Notes under the pieces: generated by a model
Seen by the model: only the letters and a program-made list of their open reading frames with translations
Told to the model about the DNA's origin: nothing
Database searches by the model: none
Assembly (NCBI GenBank): GCA_051654185.1
Contig: JBOFXO010000191.1
Coordinates: 1 to 38,586 of the forward strand
Reading direction: 5' to 3'
DNA from: Vibrionaceae bacterium
GTDB taxonomy: Bacteria; Pseudomonadota; Gammaproteobacteria; Enterobacterales; Vibrionaceae
DNA length: 38,586 nt
Position numbers and translations under genes: made by a program
Part shown: positions 1 to 8,258 of the stretch, in pieces
How the letters are laid out: each line of letters starts with the position of its first letter
How positions within the stretch are numbered: the stretch's first letter is position 1

Positions 1-117
1 ACTCAACAGACTCAACAGACTCAACAGACTCAACAGACTCAACAGACTCAACAGACTCAACAGACTCAACAGACTCAACAGACTCAACAGACTCAACAGA
101 CTCAACAGACTCAACAG
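1..117. repeat. Perfect tandem repeat (ACTCAACAG) x13, truncated by the window start
   Basis: Read directly: a 9-bp unit repeated 13 times with no mismatch from 1 to 117. On the minus strand it encodes (V-E-S)n in the frame of the 1..658 CDS. Confidence 0.98.
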
Positions 118-658
118 TATGAGGCTCTGTAGCTAAATGAGTATCGCTTTCTTGCGCTACAACGGCAGGCGGCGCTGCTTGCGATGATGGTGAAAGCTCT
201 TGCTGATCAGCCTCTTTTACTACCGTTTCTTGCGTTTGCTCATCCACAGAAGGGTGCTTTGCGATCAATTGATCTTCAAAAAAGGTGGCGTAGCGGTTAG
301 TGACAAACACTTTAGCTTGTTTGGTTGTCAGCCCTTGCTGCACATATTCGGTGATATTAATTGCAGCTTTAGGCCCCGCTTTCGCGCTGTTAATATAAAG
401 TAAAAATGCTTCTATCTGCTCAAGATCGCGGCTGGTATTAAGGCGCTGCGCGCCGGCACTTGTGATCAAAAAAGCGCCATCTAAAACCTCGAGCTGCTCG
501 CCATTTTCAAACACAAGCCAAGCATTTTTACTTTCTATCACAGAGACGAGATCGCCAACAACCAGCACCATCTCTTTTTGCGCAGGAAAAATTTCTCCGT
601 CCGGTTTGACAATAAATGCATGGCCAATCACTTTTTGCAAACGTTGTGGTTGTGTCAT
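1..658 (-). CDS. 5' part of a putative retention-module (LapA/RTX-adhesin-like) surface protein; runs off the window
   Basis: Manually translated: ATG at 658 preceded by an AAGGTG RBS, open to position 1. MTQPQRLQKVIGHAFIVKPDGEIFPAQKEMVLVVGDLVSVIESKNAWLVFENGEQLEV...DLEQIEA... resembles the N-terminal retention module of T1SS adhesins. It is followed by an acidic Q/E/P/A linker and (VES)13. The ORF is secure; the family assignment is less so. Confidence 0.65.
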   Translation of the reverse strand, partial: MTQPQRLQKVIGHAFIVKPDGEIFPAQKEMVLVVGDLVSVIESKNAWLVFENGEQLEVLDGAFLITSAGAQRLNTSRDLEQIEAFLLYINSAKAGPKAAINITEYVQQGLTTKQAKVFVTNRYATFFEDQLIAKHPSVDEQTQETVVKEADQQELSPSSQAAPPAVVAQESDTHLATEPHTVESVESVESVESVESVESVESVESVESVESVESVESVE

Positions 659-812
659 AGTTTCACCTTAAAGATCTTGCCTAGATAAAAACTAGTACAA
701 AAACAAAGGCGTAAGCTATAGCAGCTCAAAAATATCTAAGACAATTTAAAAAAAGGACAAAAAAAGTGATTAAAACGCGTTTTTCGTGATGGCCATCTTT
801 TGCTGCACAAAC

Positions 813-838
813 AAAAACAGGGCCACAGCCCTGCTTTT
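813..838 (-). terminator. Intrinsic terminator downstream of the OMP gene
   Basis: AAAAA-CAGGGC-CACA-GCCCTG-CTTTT hairpin with flanking A/T runs. Confidence 0.65.
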
Positions 839-851
839 GTTATTCGCCTAT

Positions 852-1409
852 TTAAAACTTTTTACTAAAGCTTAAATTAAATCCAGAAAGCGACAGCCGG
901 CTATCATTCATAAATTCCATGTACTCAAGGCTCACATCAACCGGTAAAATATTCACCTGAATACCGACGCCGTAAGAAAGCCCCGACTCTTTAATTTCAC
1001 CACTGCCAAGCGGCGAACTCACCTCTAATGAGCCCCATGTATAGCCAAGCGTTGCGTACGGCGTTAAGGTGTTAAGTAGGCGCAATTTAAATTTGCCATA
1101 AACGCCATAATAGCGCGCTAAATCGACATTGACGCTATTGCCGGCAAAAATGTAACTGTCTTCGGTAAAGCCTGAGCCATAACGCCCTTCAATATCAACA
1201 TAATGATTAATAGGCAGCCCTGCAATAAAATAAAATCCATTCACATGACCATCCCAATCAGGGCTTAACGTACTGTTTCGTTGGCTGTTGTAACTGATCG
1301 TACTCAGACCTATGCCCATGTAGGGGTAGCTAAACATTCCTTCTTTAGCGAATATACTAGGCGCTGTCACTATCGAGGCCAGCATCAGAGCTTTTGTTAT
1401 TATTTTCAT
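852..1409 (-). CDS. Outer-membrane beta-barrel protein (porin / OmpA-like transmembrane family)
   Basis: 185 aa with a signal peptide, alternating aromatic/Gly strands (YVDIEGRYGSG, PYATLGYT, SGLSYGVGI) and a C-terminal Phe. Confidence 0.85.
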   Translation of the reverse strand: MKIITKALMLASIVTAPSIFAKEGMFSYPYMGIGLSTISYNSQRNSTLSPDWDGHVNGFYFIAGLPINHYVDIEGRYGSGFTEDSYIFAGNSVNVDLARYYGVYGKFKLRLLNTLTPYATLGYTWGSLEVSSPLGSGEIKESGLSYGVGIQVNILPVDVSLEYMEFMNDSRLSLSGFNLSFSKKF

Positions 1410-1682
1410 TGTACGACCCTCACTAAACGTAATGTTTCTCTTTGCATCAATAGGATCATTGATATAAGCAATGCCTCGTCATTTTCTGTTTCCTATCGTA
1501 CAAACGCAACAGAAAACTGCGCATAGCAGTATGCTACGGGCTATTTTGCTCGCTAGCTGCATTCAAATTACGCAATAACAGTGCTAACATGTGCAGCTTT
1601 CATCCATTATCTTGGCAAATTGCCGCTTTTTGCTGATTTTTATCCGCAACACAAAAAAGCACAATCGAACAAAGGGAGCGCT

Positions 1683-2273
1683 GTGAGCAACCAAATTCGC
1701 CTGCTGGTCGGGCTAGCAAACCCTGGACCAAGCTACGCTAACACCCGCCATAACGCCGGCGCTTGGGTTATTGAGCAGCTGGCGCGTGAACACAATGTGG
1801 TATTAAAAGAAGAGAAAAAATATCGTGGCCTTACAGCAAAAATTACCATTGGTGACAATGAGCTGCGTCTTTTGATCCCGCAAACCTTTATGAATTTATC
1901 TGGGCAATCGGTCGCGCCGATGGCCACTTTTTTCCAGCTGCTGCCTGAGCAAATCATGGTGGTCCATGATGATCTCGATTTAGCGCCAGGCACAGCAAAA
2001 TTTAAACTGGGCGGCGGCCACGGCGGGCACAATGGTCTGCGCGATATCATCAATAAACTTGCCAATCAAAACGGCTTTTATCGGCTACGCATCGGCATTG
2101 GTCATCCTGGCAACAAAGAGCAAGTCGCAAACTTTGTACTTGCTAAAGCGCCCGCTAAAGAACACGCACTGATAGAGCAAGCTGTGGATGAAGCCGCGCG
2201 CTGTATCACTCTTTTGCTTTCGCAAGATCTTGCCAAAGCGCAAACTCGCCTGCACTCGTTTAAGGCGCAATAA
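1683..2273 (+). CDS. pth: Peptidyl-tRNA hydrolase
   Basis: [27 protein letters not shown] and GGHNGLRDI motifs. Start reset to the GTG at 1683 after an AAGGGAG RBS. Lies upstream of ychF as usual. Confidence 0.97.
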   Translation: MSNQIRLLVGLANPGPSYANTRHNAGAWVIEQLAREHNVVLKEEKKYRGLTAKITIGDNELRLLIPQTFMNLSGQSVAPMATFFQLLPEQIMVVHDDLDLAPGTAKFKLGGGHGGHNGLRDIINKLANQNGFYRLRIGIGHPGNKEQVANFVLAKAPAKEHALIEQAVDEAARCITLLLSQDLAKAQTRLHSFKAQ

Positions 2274-2297
2274 TTTTTAGCAACCAGTGAGCAACTT

Positions 2298-3389
2298 ATG
2301 GGTTTTAAATGTGGAATTGTGGGCTTGCCCAATGTTGGAAAATCAACACTGTTTAATGCACTGACCAAATCAAATATTGAAGCGGCGAATTTTCCTTTTT
2401 GTACCATCGAGCCAAATACGGGCGTTGTGCCAGTGCCAGATCTCCGCCTTGATGCGCTAGCAAAAATTGTTAACCCGCAGCGTATTTTACCAACTACCAT
2501 GGAGTTCGTTGATATCGCAGGGCTTGTCGCGGGCGCATCAACCGGCGAAGGACTGGGCAACAAATTTTTAGCCAACATTCGTGAAACGGATGCTATCGGC
2601 CATGTTGTGCGCTGTTTTGATAATGACAACATTATCCACGTCGATGGCAAGGTGGATCCTGCGTCTGATATCGACGTTATCAACACCGAGCTTGCGCTGT
2701 CTGATCTTGAAGTGCTTGAGCGCGCTTTGCATGCGCAGGCTAAAAAAGCTAAAGGCGGTGAGCGCGATGCCAAACTTATCATTAGCGTGTTAGAAAAGCT
2801 GCGTCCTTCACTTTTGCAAGGCGTCATGCTGCGTACCATTGCTCTTAGCAAAGAAGAGCACGAAGCGATCCGCTACCTAAACTTTTTAACCATGAAACCG
2901 ACCATGTACATCGCTAACGTCAATGACAGCGGTTTCACTAATAACCCTTACCTTGAGCAAGTGCAGGCTATTGCGCAAAAAGAAGGGGCGAGCGTGGTTG
3001 CTGTGTGCGCGCAAATTGAAGGCGAGCTTGCAGAGCTGAGCGCTGAAGAAGCACAGATCTTTTTAGAGGAGATGGGGCTTGATGAGCCGGGATTGCACCG
3101 CGTGATCCGCGCAGGTTATCAGCTTCTTGATCTGCATACCTATTTTACAGCAGGCGTCAAAGAAGTACGTGCGTGGACGATCCCTGTTGGCGCAACCGCG
3201 CCGCAAGCGGCGGGTAAAATTCACACCGATTTTGAACGCGGCTTTATTCGCGCAGAAGTTATCGGCTACGATGATTTCATCAATAATGGCGGCGAAGCGG
3301 GCGCAAAAGAAGCGGGCAAATGGCGACTTGAAGGCAAGGAATACATTGTCAAAGATGGTGACGTGGTCCATTTTCGCTTTAACGTCTAA
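2298..3389 (+). CDS. ychF: Redox-regulated ATPase YchF (Obg family)
   Basis: [26 protein letters not shown], and C-terminal [11 protein letters not shown]; 363 aa. Confidence 0.99.
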   Translation: MGFKCGIVGLPNVGKSTLFNALTKSNIEAANFPFCTIEPNTGVVPVPDLRLDALAKIVNPQRILPTTMEFVDIAGLVAGASTGEGLGNKFLANIRETDAIGHVVRCFDNDNIIHVDGKVDPASDIDVINTELALSDLEVLERALHAQAKKAKGGERDAKLIISVLEKLRPSLLQGVMLRTIALSKEEHEAIRYLNFLTMKPTMYIANVNDSGFTNNPYLEQVQAIAQKEGASVVAVCAQIEGELAELSAEEAQIFLEEMGLDEPGLHRVIRAGYQLLDLHTYFTAGVKEVRAWTIPVGATAPQAAGKIHTDFERGFIRAEVIGYDDFINNGGEAGAKEAGKWRLEGKEYIVKDGDVVHFRFNV

Positions 3390-3401
3390 GCAAACTCATT
3401 T

Positions 3402-3427
3402 AAAAAAGCGCCAAACGGCGCTTTTTT
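3402..3427. terminator. Bidirectional intrinsic terminator (ychF/fldA)
   Basis: AAAAAAGCGCC-AAAC-GGCGCTTTTTT between convergent genes. Confidence 0.85.
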
Positions 3428-3434
3428 ATTTGCC

Positions 3435-3953
3435 TTACAATGAGGCAAGAGACATTTCACCGTAAATTTGCTCAACCCAACGCTCAACACGCGCCTGCGT
3501 CAGCTCAGGCTGGCGATCTTCATCAATGCAAAGCCCAACAAAATGGCTGTCATCAACCAAAGCTTTAGACGCTTCAAACTCGTAGCCTGCAGTTGGCCAA
3601 TGGCCAACGATTGTACCGCCATGACGCAGCACGATGTCACGTATTGTGCCCATCGCATCACAAAAATATTCGGCATAATCTTCTTGGTCACCACAACCAA
3701 AAATAGCAACTAATTTATTAGAAAAATCAATCTGTTCAAGCTCTGGATAGAAATCATCCCAATCACATTGCGACTCACCGTAATACCAAGTCGGGATCCC
3801 TAAAATTAAAAGGTCACAATTTTCAAGATCTTGGCGAGTACTTTTGGCAATATCTTGCACGTGCACAAGCTCACCTAGCTTCGCTTCTATCAGTTTTGCA
3901 ACCGCTTCAGTGTTGCCTGTATCGCTGCCAAAAAAAAGACCTACACTTGCCAT
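3435..3953 (-). CDS. fldA: Flavodoxin 1
   Basis: MASVGLFFGSDTGNTEAVAK, LGIPTWYYGE.QCDWDDF, GCGDQEDYAEYFCDAM. Start reset to the ATG at 3953. Confidence 0.96.
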   Translation of the reverse strand: MASVGLFFGSDTGNTEAVAKLIEAKLGELVHVQDIAKSTRQDLENCDLLILGIPTWYYGESQCDWDDFYPELEQIDFSNKLVAIFGCGDQEDYAEYFCDAMGTIRDIVLRHGGTIVGHWPTAGYEFEASKALVDDSHFVGLCIDEDRQPELTQARVERWVEQIYGEMSLASL

Positions 3954-4251
3954 AATAGTTTTACCTGTTGTTTTTTCAGTTGTTTTCACAAGAAGTCACG
4001 TACTCTTGCGTAAAATGCAAGAGCCAATTATACCACAGCAATTTTCTCGCTCCGTTTTCATTTTATTATGTTATATAAGATGTAAATAGAGCATATGCGG
4101 GGAAAGTTACCACTCACTGGCCTTTTTTTGCGTTTTTTTATAATAAACATTGTTAATCTAGCGACAAGCAAAATAACAAATAGCAATAGATATAACCGGT
4201 TACCCAAAATCACACGTACGATTTTGACTATTTTTTTAAATAAGGCAGCCC

Positions 4252-5775
4252 ATGGAAACTGAAATTGAGTTGAAATTTTTCGTTTCAACCCACATTGGCG
4301 AAAAAATGGCTCACATCCTGAGCCACTACCACATTCAGCAGCATAACGAATGGCAAATTTTTAACACCTATTACGATACGCCGCAGCTTACTTTGCGCCA
4401 AAATGATATCGGCTTTCGCGTGCGCAAAATTGGCCAAGATCATTATCAAACGGTAAAAAGTGCCGGCAAAGTGAGCGCGGGGCTACATCAGCGCGATGAA
4501 TTTGAAACAAAAATAGAAAGTGATCAACCAGATTTTGCCCAGCTTCCCGCCTCAATGTTTCCTCAAGACGTTGATCTTAATGCGCTTTGCCAATCACTGC
4601 AGCCACTTTTTACCACCGATTTTAAGCGCCAGCAGTGGCTACTTGAGCTTAAAGATGGCAGCCTTGTCGAGCTGGCTTTTGATGTCGGCGAAGTCAGGGT
4701 TCCAAATAGCACGACGCACCCTATTTGCGAAATCGAGATAGAGCTTAAAAAAGGCGAGATCAGCGCAGTTTTTGAGCTTGCGCGCGCCTTTGCCGCCCAC
4801 GGTAATATTCGGCTAAGTAACCTAAGCAAGGCCGCTTTAGGCTATCAGATGGCGAGCGGCTTTTTATTGTCGCATGAGTCTACGCTGTTCACTGCGCTCG
4901 ATAAATCAAGCACCGCAGAGCAGTCTTTCATCAAGATGATGGAGCAGGCGCTAAGCTACTGGCTTTATCATGAGCAAAGCTACATCGAAAGCAAAGAGCT
5001 TGGCTGTCTTGTTGCGCTTTCGCACGCGGTGCGCGCGCTGCTTTGCACCTTGCAGATCTTTGAAACAGCCATTTTGCTACCAACAAACCATGAGCTGTAT
5101 CAAGAATTACAATGGCTTGATAGCTCTTTGCTGTGGGTGCATGACGCAAAGCTGCTCAATCGGCTCACGCAAGATAAAGGCTATTTTTTACGCACGCTGA
5201 ATGCGCAAAAACTGCTGCTTTCGCATTTGTCCCAAGCGCAAGAGCAGCTGCCCACTTACGAGGCGATCAACGCGCAGCTTCACTCACCGCGCTACTGCTT
5301 GCTGCTGCTGCGCCTTAACGAATGGCTAGTAAGCCAGCAGTGGCGGCAAACGGCAGAGCCTGCTAGCATCAATGCCCTTGAACAGCCGCTGCCCCGTTTT
5401 GCAAATGAGCAGCTTTCCCTTATTTGGCTGCAGTGGCAAGCGCTTGCTTTAACAGATCTTATTGATCACAAAGATTATCTTGTGCTGCAGCACTCGCTCG
5501 CACGCTTTTTGCACACCAATCTCGCCTTTGCTTCGCTGTTTGAGGAGGGGAAAAGTGAGCATTTTAGCCGCTCTTGGCAAGATCTGCTGTTAGGCATCGA
5601 TAAATTGCGCGAGTTAGAGCTTATCGAGCCACAGCTCCATCTTATTGATAATGAAGAAGAAGCTTCTCAAGCACAAAAATGGCTGCAGCGTAAACAAAAC
5701 GCACTGTTTAATGCGATGCAGCAAAGCCTGCAAGCAAGCGATGAGTTAAGTATCTATTGGCAAATGCAGCAGTGA
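4252..5775 (+). CDS. ygiF: Inorganic triphosphatase, CYTH + CHAD-like domain (YgiF family)
   Basis: METEIELKF (ExExK motif), NTYYDTP, ICEIEIELKKG, SKAALGY; 507 aa with a helical C-terminal half. Confidence 0.9.
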   Translation: METEIELKFFVSTHIGEKMAHILSHYHIQQHNEWQIFNTYYDTPQLTLRQNDIGFRVRKIGQDHYQTVKSAGKVSAGLHQRDEFETKIESDQPDFAQLPASMFPQDVDLNALCQSLQPLFTTDFKRQQWLLELKDGSLVELAFDVGEVRVPNSTTHPICEIEIELKKGEISAVFELARAFAAHGNIRLSNLSKAALGYQMASGFLLSHESTLFTALDKSSTAEQSFIKMMEQALSYWLYHEQSYIESKELGCLVALSHAVRALLCTLQIFETAILLPTNHELYQELQWLDSSLLWVHDAKLLNRLTQDKGYFLRTLNAQKLLLSHLSQAQEQLPTYEAINAQLHSPRYCLLLLRLNEWLVSQQWRQTAEPASINALEQPLPRFANEQLSLIWLQWQALALTDLIDHKDYLVLQHSLARFLHTNLAFASLFEEGKSEHFSRSWQDLLLGIDKLRELELIEPQLHLIDNEEEASQAQKWLQRKQNALFNAMQQSLQASDELSIYWQMQQ

Positions 5776-5837
5776 ATAGCATTGCCTTAGCGCGGTAAAT
5801 ACAGGGCAATAAATGAAGCGCTATTTTTTATGATATC

Positions 5838-5858
5838 AGCGGGCCTCGCCCGCTTTTT
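5838..5858 (+). terminator. Intrinsic terminator after ygiF
   Basis: AGCGGGC-CTC-GCCCGCT followed by a T-run. Confidence 0.75.
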
Positions 5859-6237
5859 ATTATTAGTAAAAGCGCCGCCTATTTTCTACTGCTAAGAAAA
5901 ACTTAAACAGACAGGCGCAAACGCGCCATTACGCGCTTTTTAACACCGCTTGCTGATTTTTTGTCCACAGTTAGAAAAAAATATTAACAAAAATAGTACA
6001 CAATTTGCGCTACGAGAGAGATCTCACTACATCAGTGATCCATCTAACACTTCACGCAAAGAGCAATCCAGCCCGTTACATTAACAACCAAAAAACAATT
6101 TGAAATGGCCTGCAAAATAGAAAGTGCAACTGGTTTCTCTTTAAAATAAATGGATAAAACCTCTCCTTTTTAACAAAGTCTATCTCAAGGCGCTTGACAG
6201 TGGCTTGCGCCCAGTCTGTAAGCCATGATTAACATAG

Positions 6238-6260
6238 TTATCCACAGATTTTGTGGGTAA
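6238..6260. promoter_or_regulatory. Inverted pair of DnaA boxes (DARS-core-like)
   Basis: Perfect TTATCCACA (6238-6246), a 5-bp spacer, then TGTGGGTAA (6252-6260; 1 mismatch to TGTGGATAA). An extra 1-mismatch box TTGTCCACA lies at 5961-5969. Confidence 0.65.
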
Positions 6261-6484
6261 AATATCGAGCCACTTTTTTAAAACGTACACTTGCTGCTTA
6301 AAGATAAATTGCCTCTATTTTTAATCAATATGGATACCTTTTAAAAAAGACCTATGCCACGCAAACAAAACCACACAAACCACTTCACTTACAAGAAAAC
6401 CCTTCCCCTCTAACATAACAGTGCAAAAAGATTGCGCCTTTTTAATACGGCGAAGCACTGCCGTTTTTATTGCTTCTCGCCCAT

Positions 6485-6510
6485 AAAAAAACCTCGCTTA
6501 GCGAGGTTTT
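6485..6510 (-). terminator. Intrinsic terminator after the abgT-family gene
   Basis: A7-CCTCGC-TTA-GCGAGG-TTTT, 20 bp past the stop codon. Confidence 0.85.
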
Positions 6511-6530
6511 AGTTACAAAAAGGTCACACA

Positions 6531-8084
6531 CTACATTTGATACACGTAAGGCGCTTGTAAGCCTAATGGCAGACCTAATCCCCAGTAAAGGAGTAAGAAC
6601 GCGGTCCAACCAACGAGCATCGCGATAGAGTAAGGCAGCATCATTGACGCAAGAGAGCCTATTCCTGTCGATTTGACATAGCGCTGGCAGTAAACCACAA
6701 CCAATGGGAAAAAGACCATCAAGGGTGAAATAATGTTAGAAACAGAATCACCAACGCGATAAGCCGCTTGCGACAGCTCTGGCGCAATGCCCAGCGCCAT
6801 CAGCATGGGAACCAAAATTGGCCCGATCAATGCCCATTTTGCAGATGCAGAGCCCACCAGCAAGTTAATTGAGGCGGTCAGCAAAATCATACCAACAATG
6901 GTCAACTCGCCAGGCATATTAAGGGTTTTAAGCAGCTGCGCCCCTTTTAATGCCAGCAGTGTGCCGATATTTGACTGTGAAAACGCCGCTAAAAACAACG
7001 CACAGAAAAACGACATCACAATATAGCTACCCATGGTACTCATGGTTTTGCTCATCGCCTGAATAATCGCGTTTTGCGTTTTAAAAGCCCCAGATAAACG
7101 GCCATATACAACGCCTGGGATCACAAACAAAATGAAGATCAGTGGCACGATGGATTTCATCAGCGGCGCACTAAAGGCTGTAAGCTGACCATCAGCAGAG
7201 CGTAGCGCTGAATCTTCTGGCCAAACGGCTGCGATCAGCAAACCCACTCCTGCAAGCATGGCTAAGCCTGCCCAGCGAAATGCTTTCATCTCTACAGCAG
7301 AAATGTTACCAAGATCAGGCGCTTTTTCAGCGTCATCATCTATCGCTAGATTGCTAAAACGTGGCTCAACAATTTTTTCCGTCACATACCAGCCAATCGC
7401 GATGATAAGCATGGATGACGCGGCAGTGAAATAAAAATTCGCTAACGGGTTAACGACATAATCTTTATCAAGCACTTGCGCGGCTGATTGCGTAAAGCCC
7501 GCAAGTAAAGGATCTATTCCTGCAGGGATAAAGTTAGCGGAAAAACCACCTGAAACGCCGGCAAAAGCTGCAGCAATGCCCACAAGCGGATGACGACCTG
7601 CCGCATGGAAAATAATGCCGCCCAGCGGGATCACAAGCACATAACCTGCGTCAGATGCGGTATGTGATAAAATCGCCACCAAGATCACAGCCGGCGTGAG
7701 CAATTTTTTTGGCGTTACACGCAGCATTTTTTTTAGGCCGGTATTAATAAAGCCTGAAGCATCGGCAACCCCGACTCCCAGCATCGCAACCAGCACAATC
7801 CCCATCGGGGCAAAGCCTGTGAAAGTGCCAACCATACCTGCTAAAAATTGAGCAAGCGCGGTTCCTGATAACAAATTTTTGATTTCAATCGCATTGCCCG
7901 TAATGGGATGCGTCAGATCAAAGTTAACTTGCGATAAGATGGCAGACAAACCCCAAACGATCAGCAGTCCATAAAAGAACAGCAATGATGGATCAGGGAT
8001 TTTATTACCAACACGTTCAACAGTATTGAGGAAGCGCTCTATCCAATTTGGTGCCTCCTCCTGTTGCTTTAAAACTTGGCTCAT
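6531..8084 (-). CDS. AbgT-family transporter
   Basis: FLNTVERVGNKIPDP, GRHPLVGIAAAFAGVSGGFSAN, GSASAKWA, QAAYRVGDS; highly hydrophobic, 517 aa. Confidence 0.93.
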   Translation of the reverse strand: MSQVLKQQEEAPNWIERFLNTVERVGNKIPDPSLLFFYGLLIVWGLSAILSQVNFDLTHPITGNAIEIKNLLSGTALAQFLAGMVGTFTGFAPMGIVLVAMLGVGVADASGFINTGLKKMLRVTPKKLLTPAVILVAILSHTASDAGYVLVIPLGGIIFHAAGRHPLVGIAAAFAGVSGGFSANFIPAGIDPLLAGFTQSAAQVLDKDYVVNPLANFYFTAASSMLIIAIGWYVTEKIVEPRFSNLAIDDDAEKAPDLGNISAVEMKAFRWAGLAMLAGVGLLIAAVWPEDSALRSADGQLTAFSAPLMKSIVPLIFILFVIPGVVYGRLSGAFKTQNAIIQAMSKTMSTMGSYIVMSFFCALFLAAFSQSNIGTLLALKGAQLLKTLNMPGELTIVGMILLTASINLLVGSASAKWALIGPILVPMLMALGIAPELSQAAYRVGDSVSNIISPLMVFFPLVVVYCQRYVKSTGIGSLASMMLPYSIAMLVGWTAFLLLYWGLGLPLGLQAPYVYQM

Positions 8085-8258
8085 ATCATACTCCTTTTTC
8101 GATAAGCGTAAGGTACTGCTAACCTAACCTAACACCGTAAGTGAATAAAATACAAACAATTAGGCATATGTTTGTGTATTTCGCTGTAGTTATGTGTACT
8201 AAGTCTCTTTTGTTTCTGTTAGGTTTGAACTTAAACCATTCACTTTTGGAGATTTCCT

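Noticed and set aside
1-117. Repeat as a CRISPR array or telomere-like end
   Set aside because: The 9-bp units are contiguous with no spacers, there are no cas genes, and the repeat lies in frame within a CDS.
200-671. Plus-strand ORFs 200..403 and 462..671
   Set aside because: They are antisense shadows of the longer minus-strand CDS, which has an RBS and a plausible domain.
2102-2851. 249-aa minus-strand ORF
   Set aside because: Antisense to the highly conserved pth/ychF; a typical codon-bias shadow. The same applies to ORFs opposite pepD, nqr, pyrG and eno.
3930-3937. A8 homopolymer in fldA as a phase-variation switch
   Set aside because: It encodes the conserved LFF of a normally essential gene, and A/T runs are common throughout the window.
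4058-4288. 76-aa hydrophobic/basic ORF upstream of fldA
   Set aside because: It lies in an AT-rich divergent promoter region, overlaps the ygiF start, and has no recognisable family; probably spurious.
6194-6225. TTGACA as a sigma70 promoter for an sRNA
   Set aside because: There is no convincing -10 at 16-18 bp spacing, so it cannot be supported from sequence alone.
5860-6484. Region as oriC or a chromosome-2 origin
   Set aside because: Only about two GATC sites, no 13-mer DUE or iteron array, and no gidA/mioC/dnaA/rctB/parAB neighbours.
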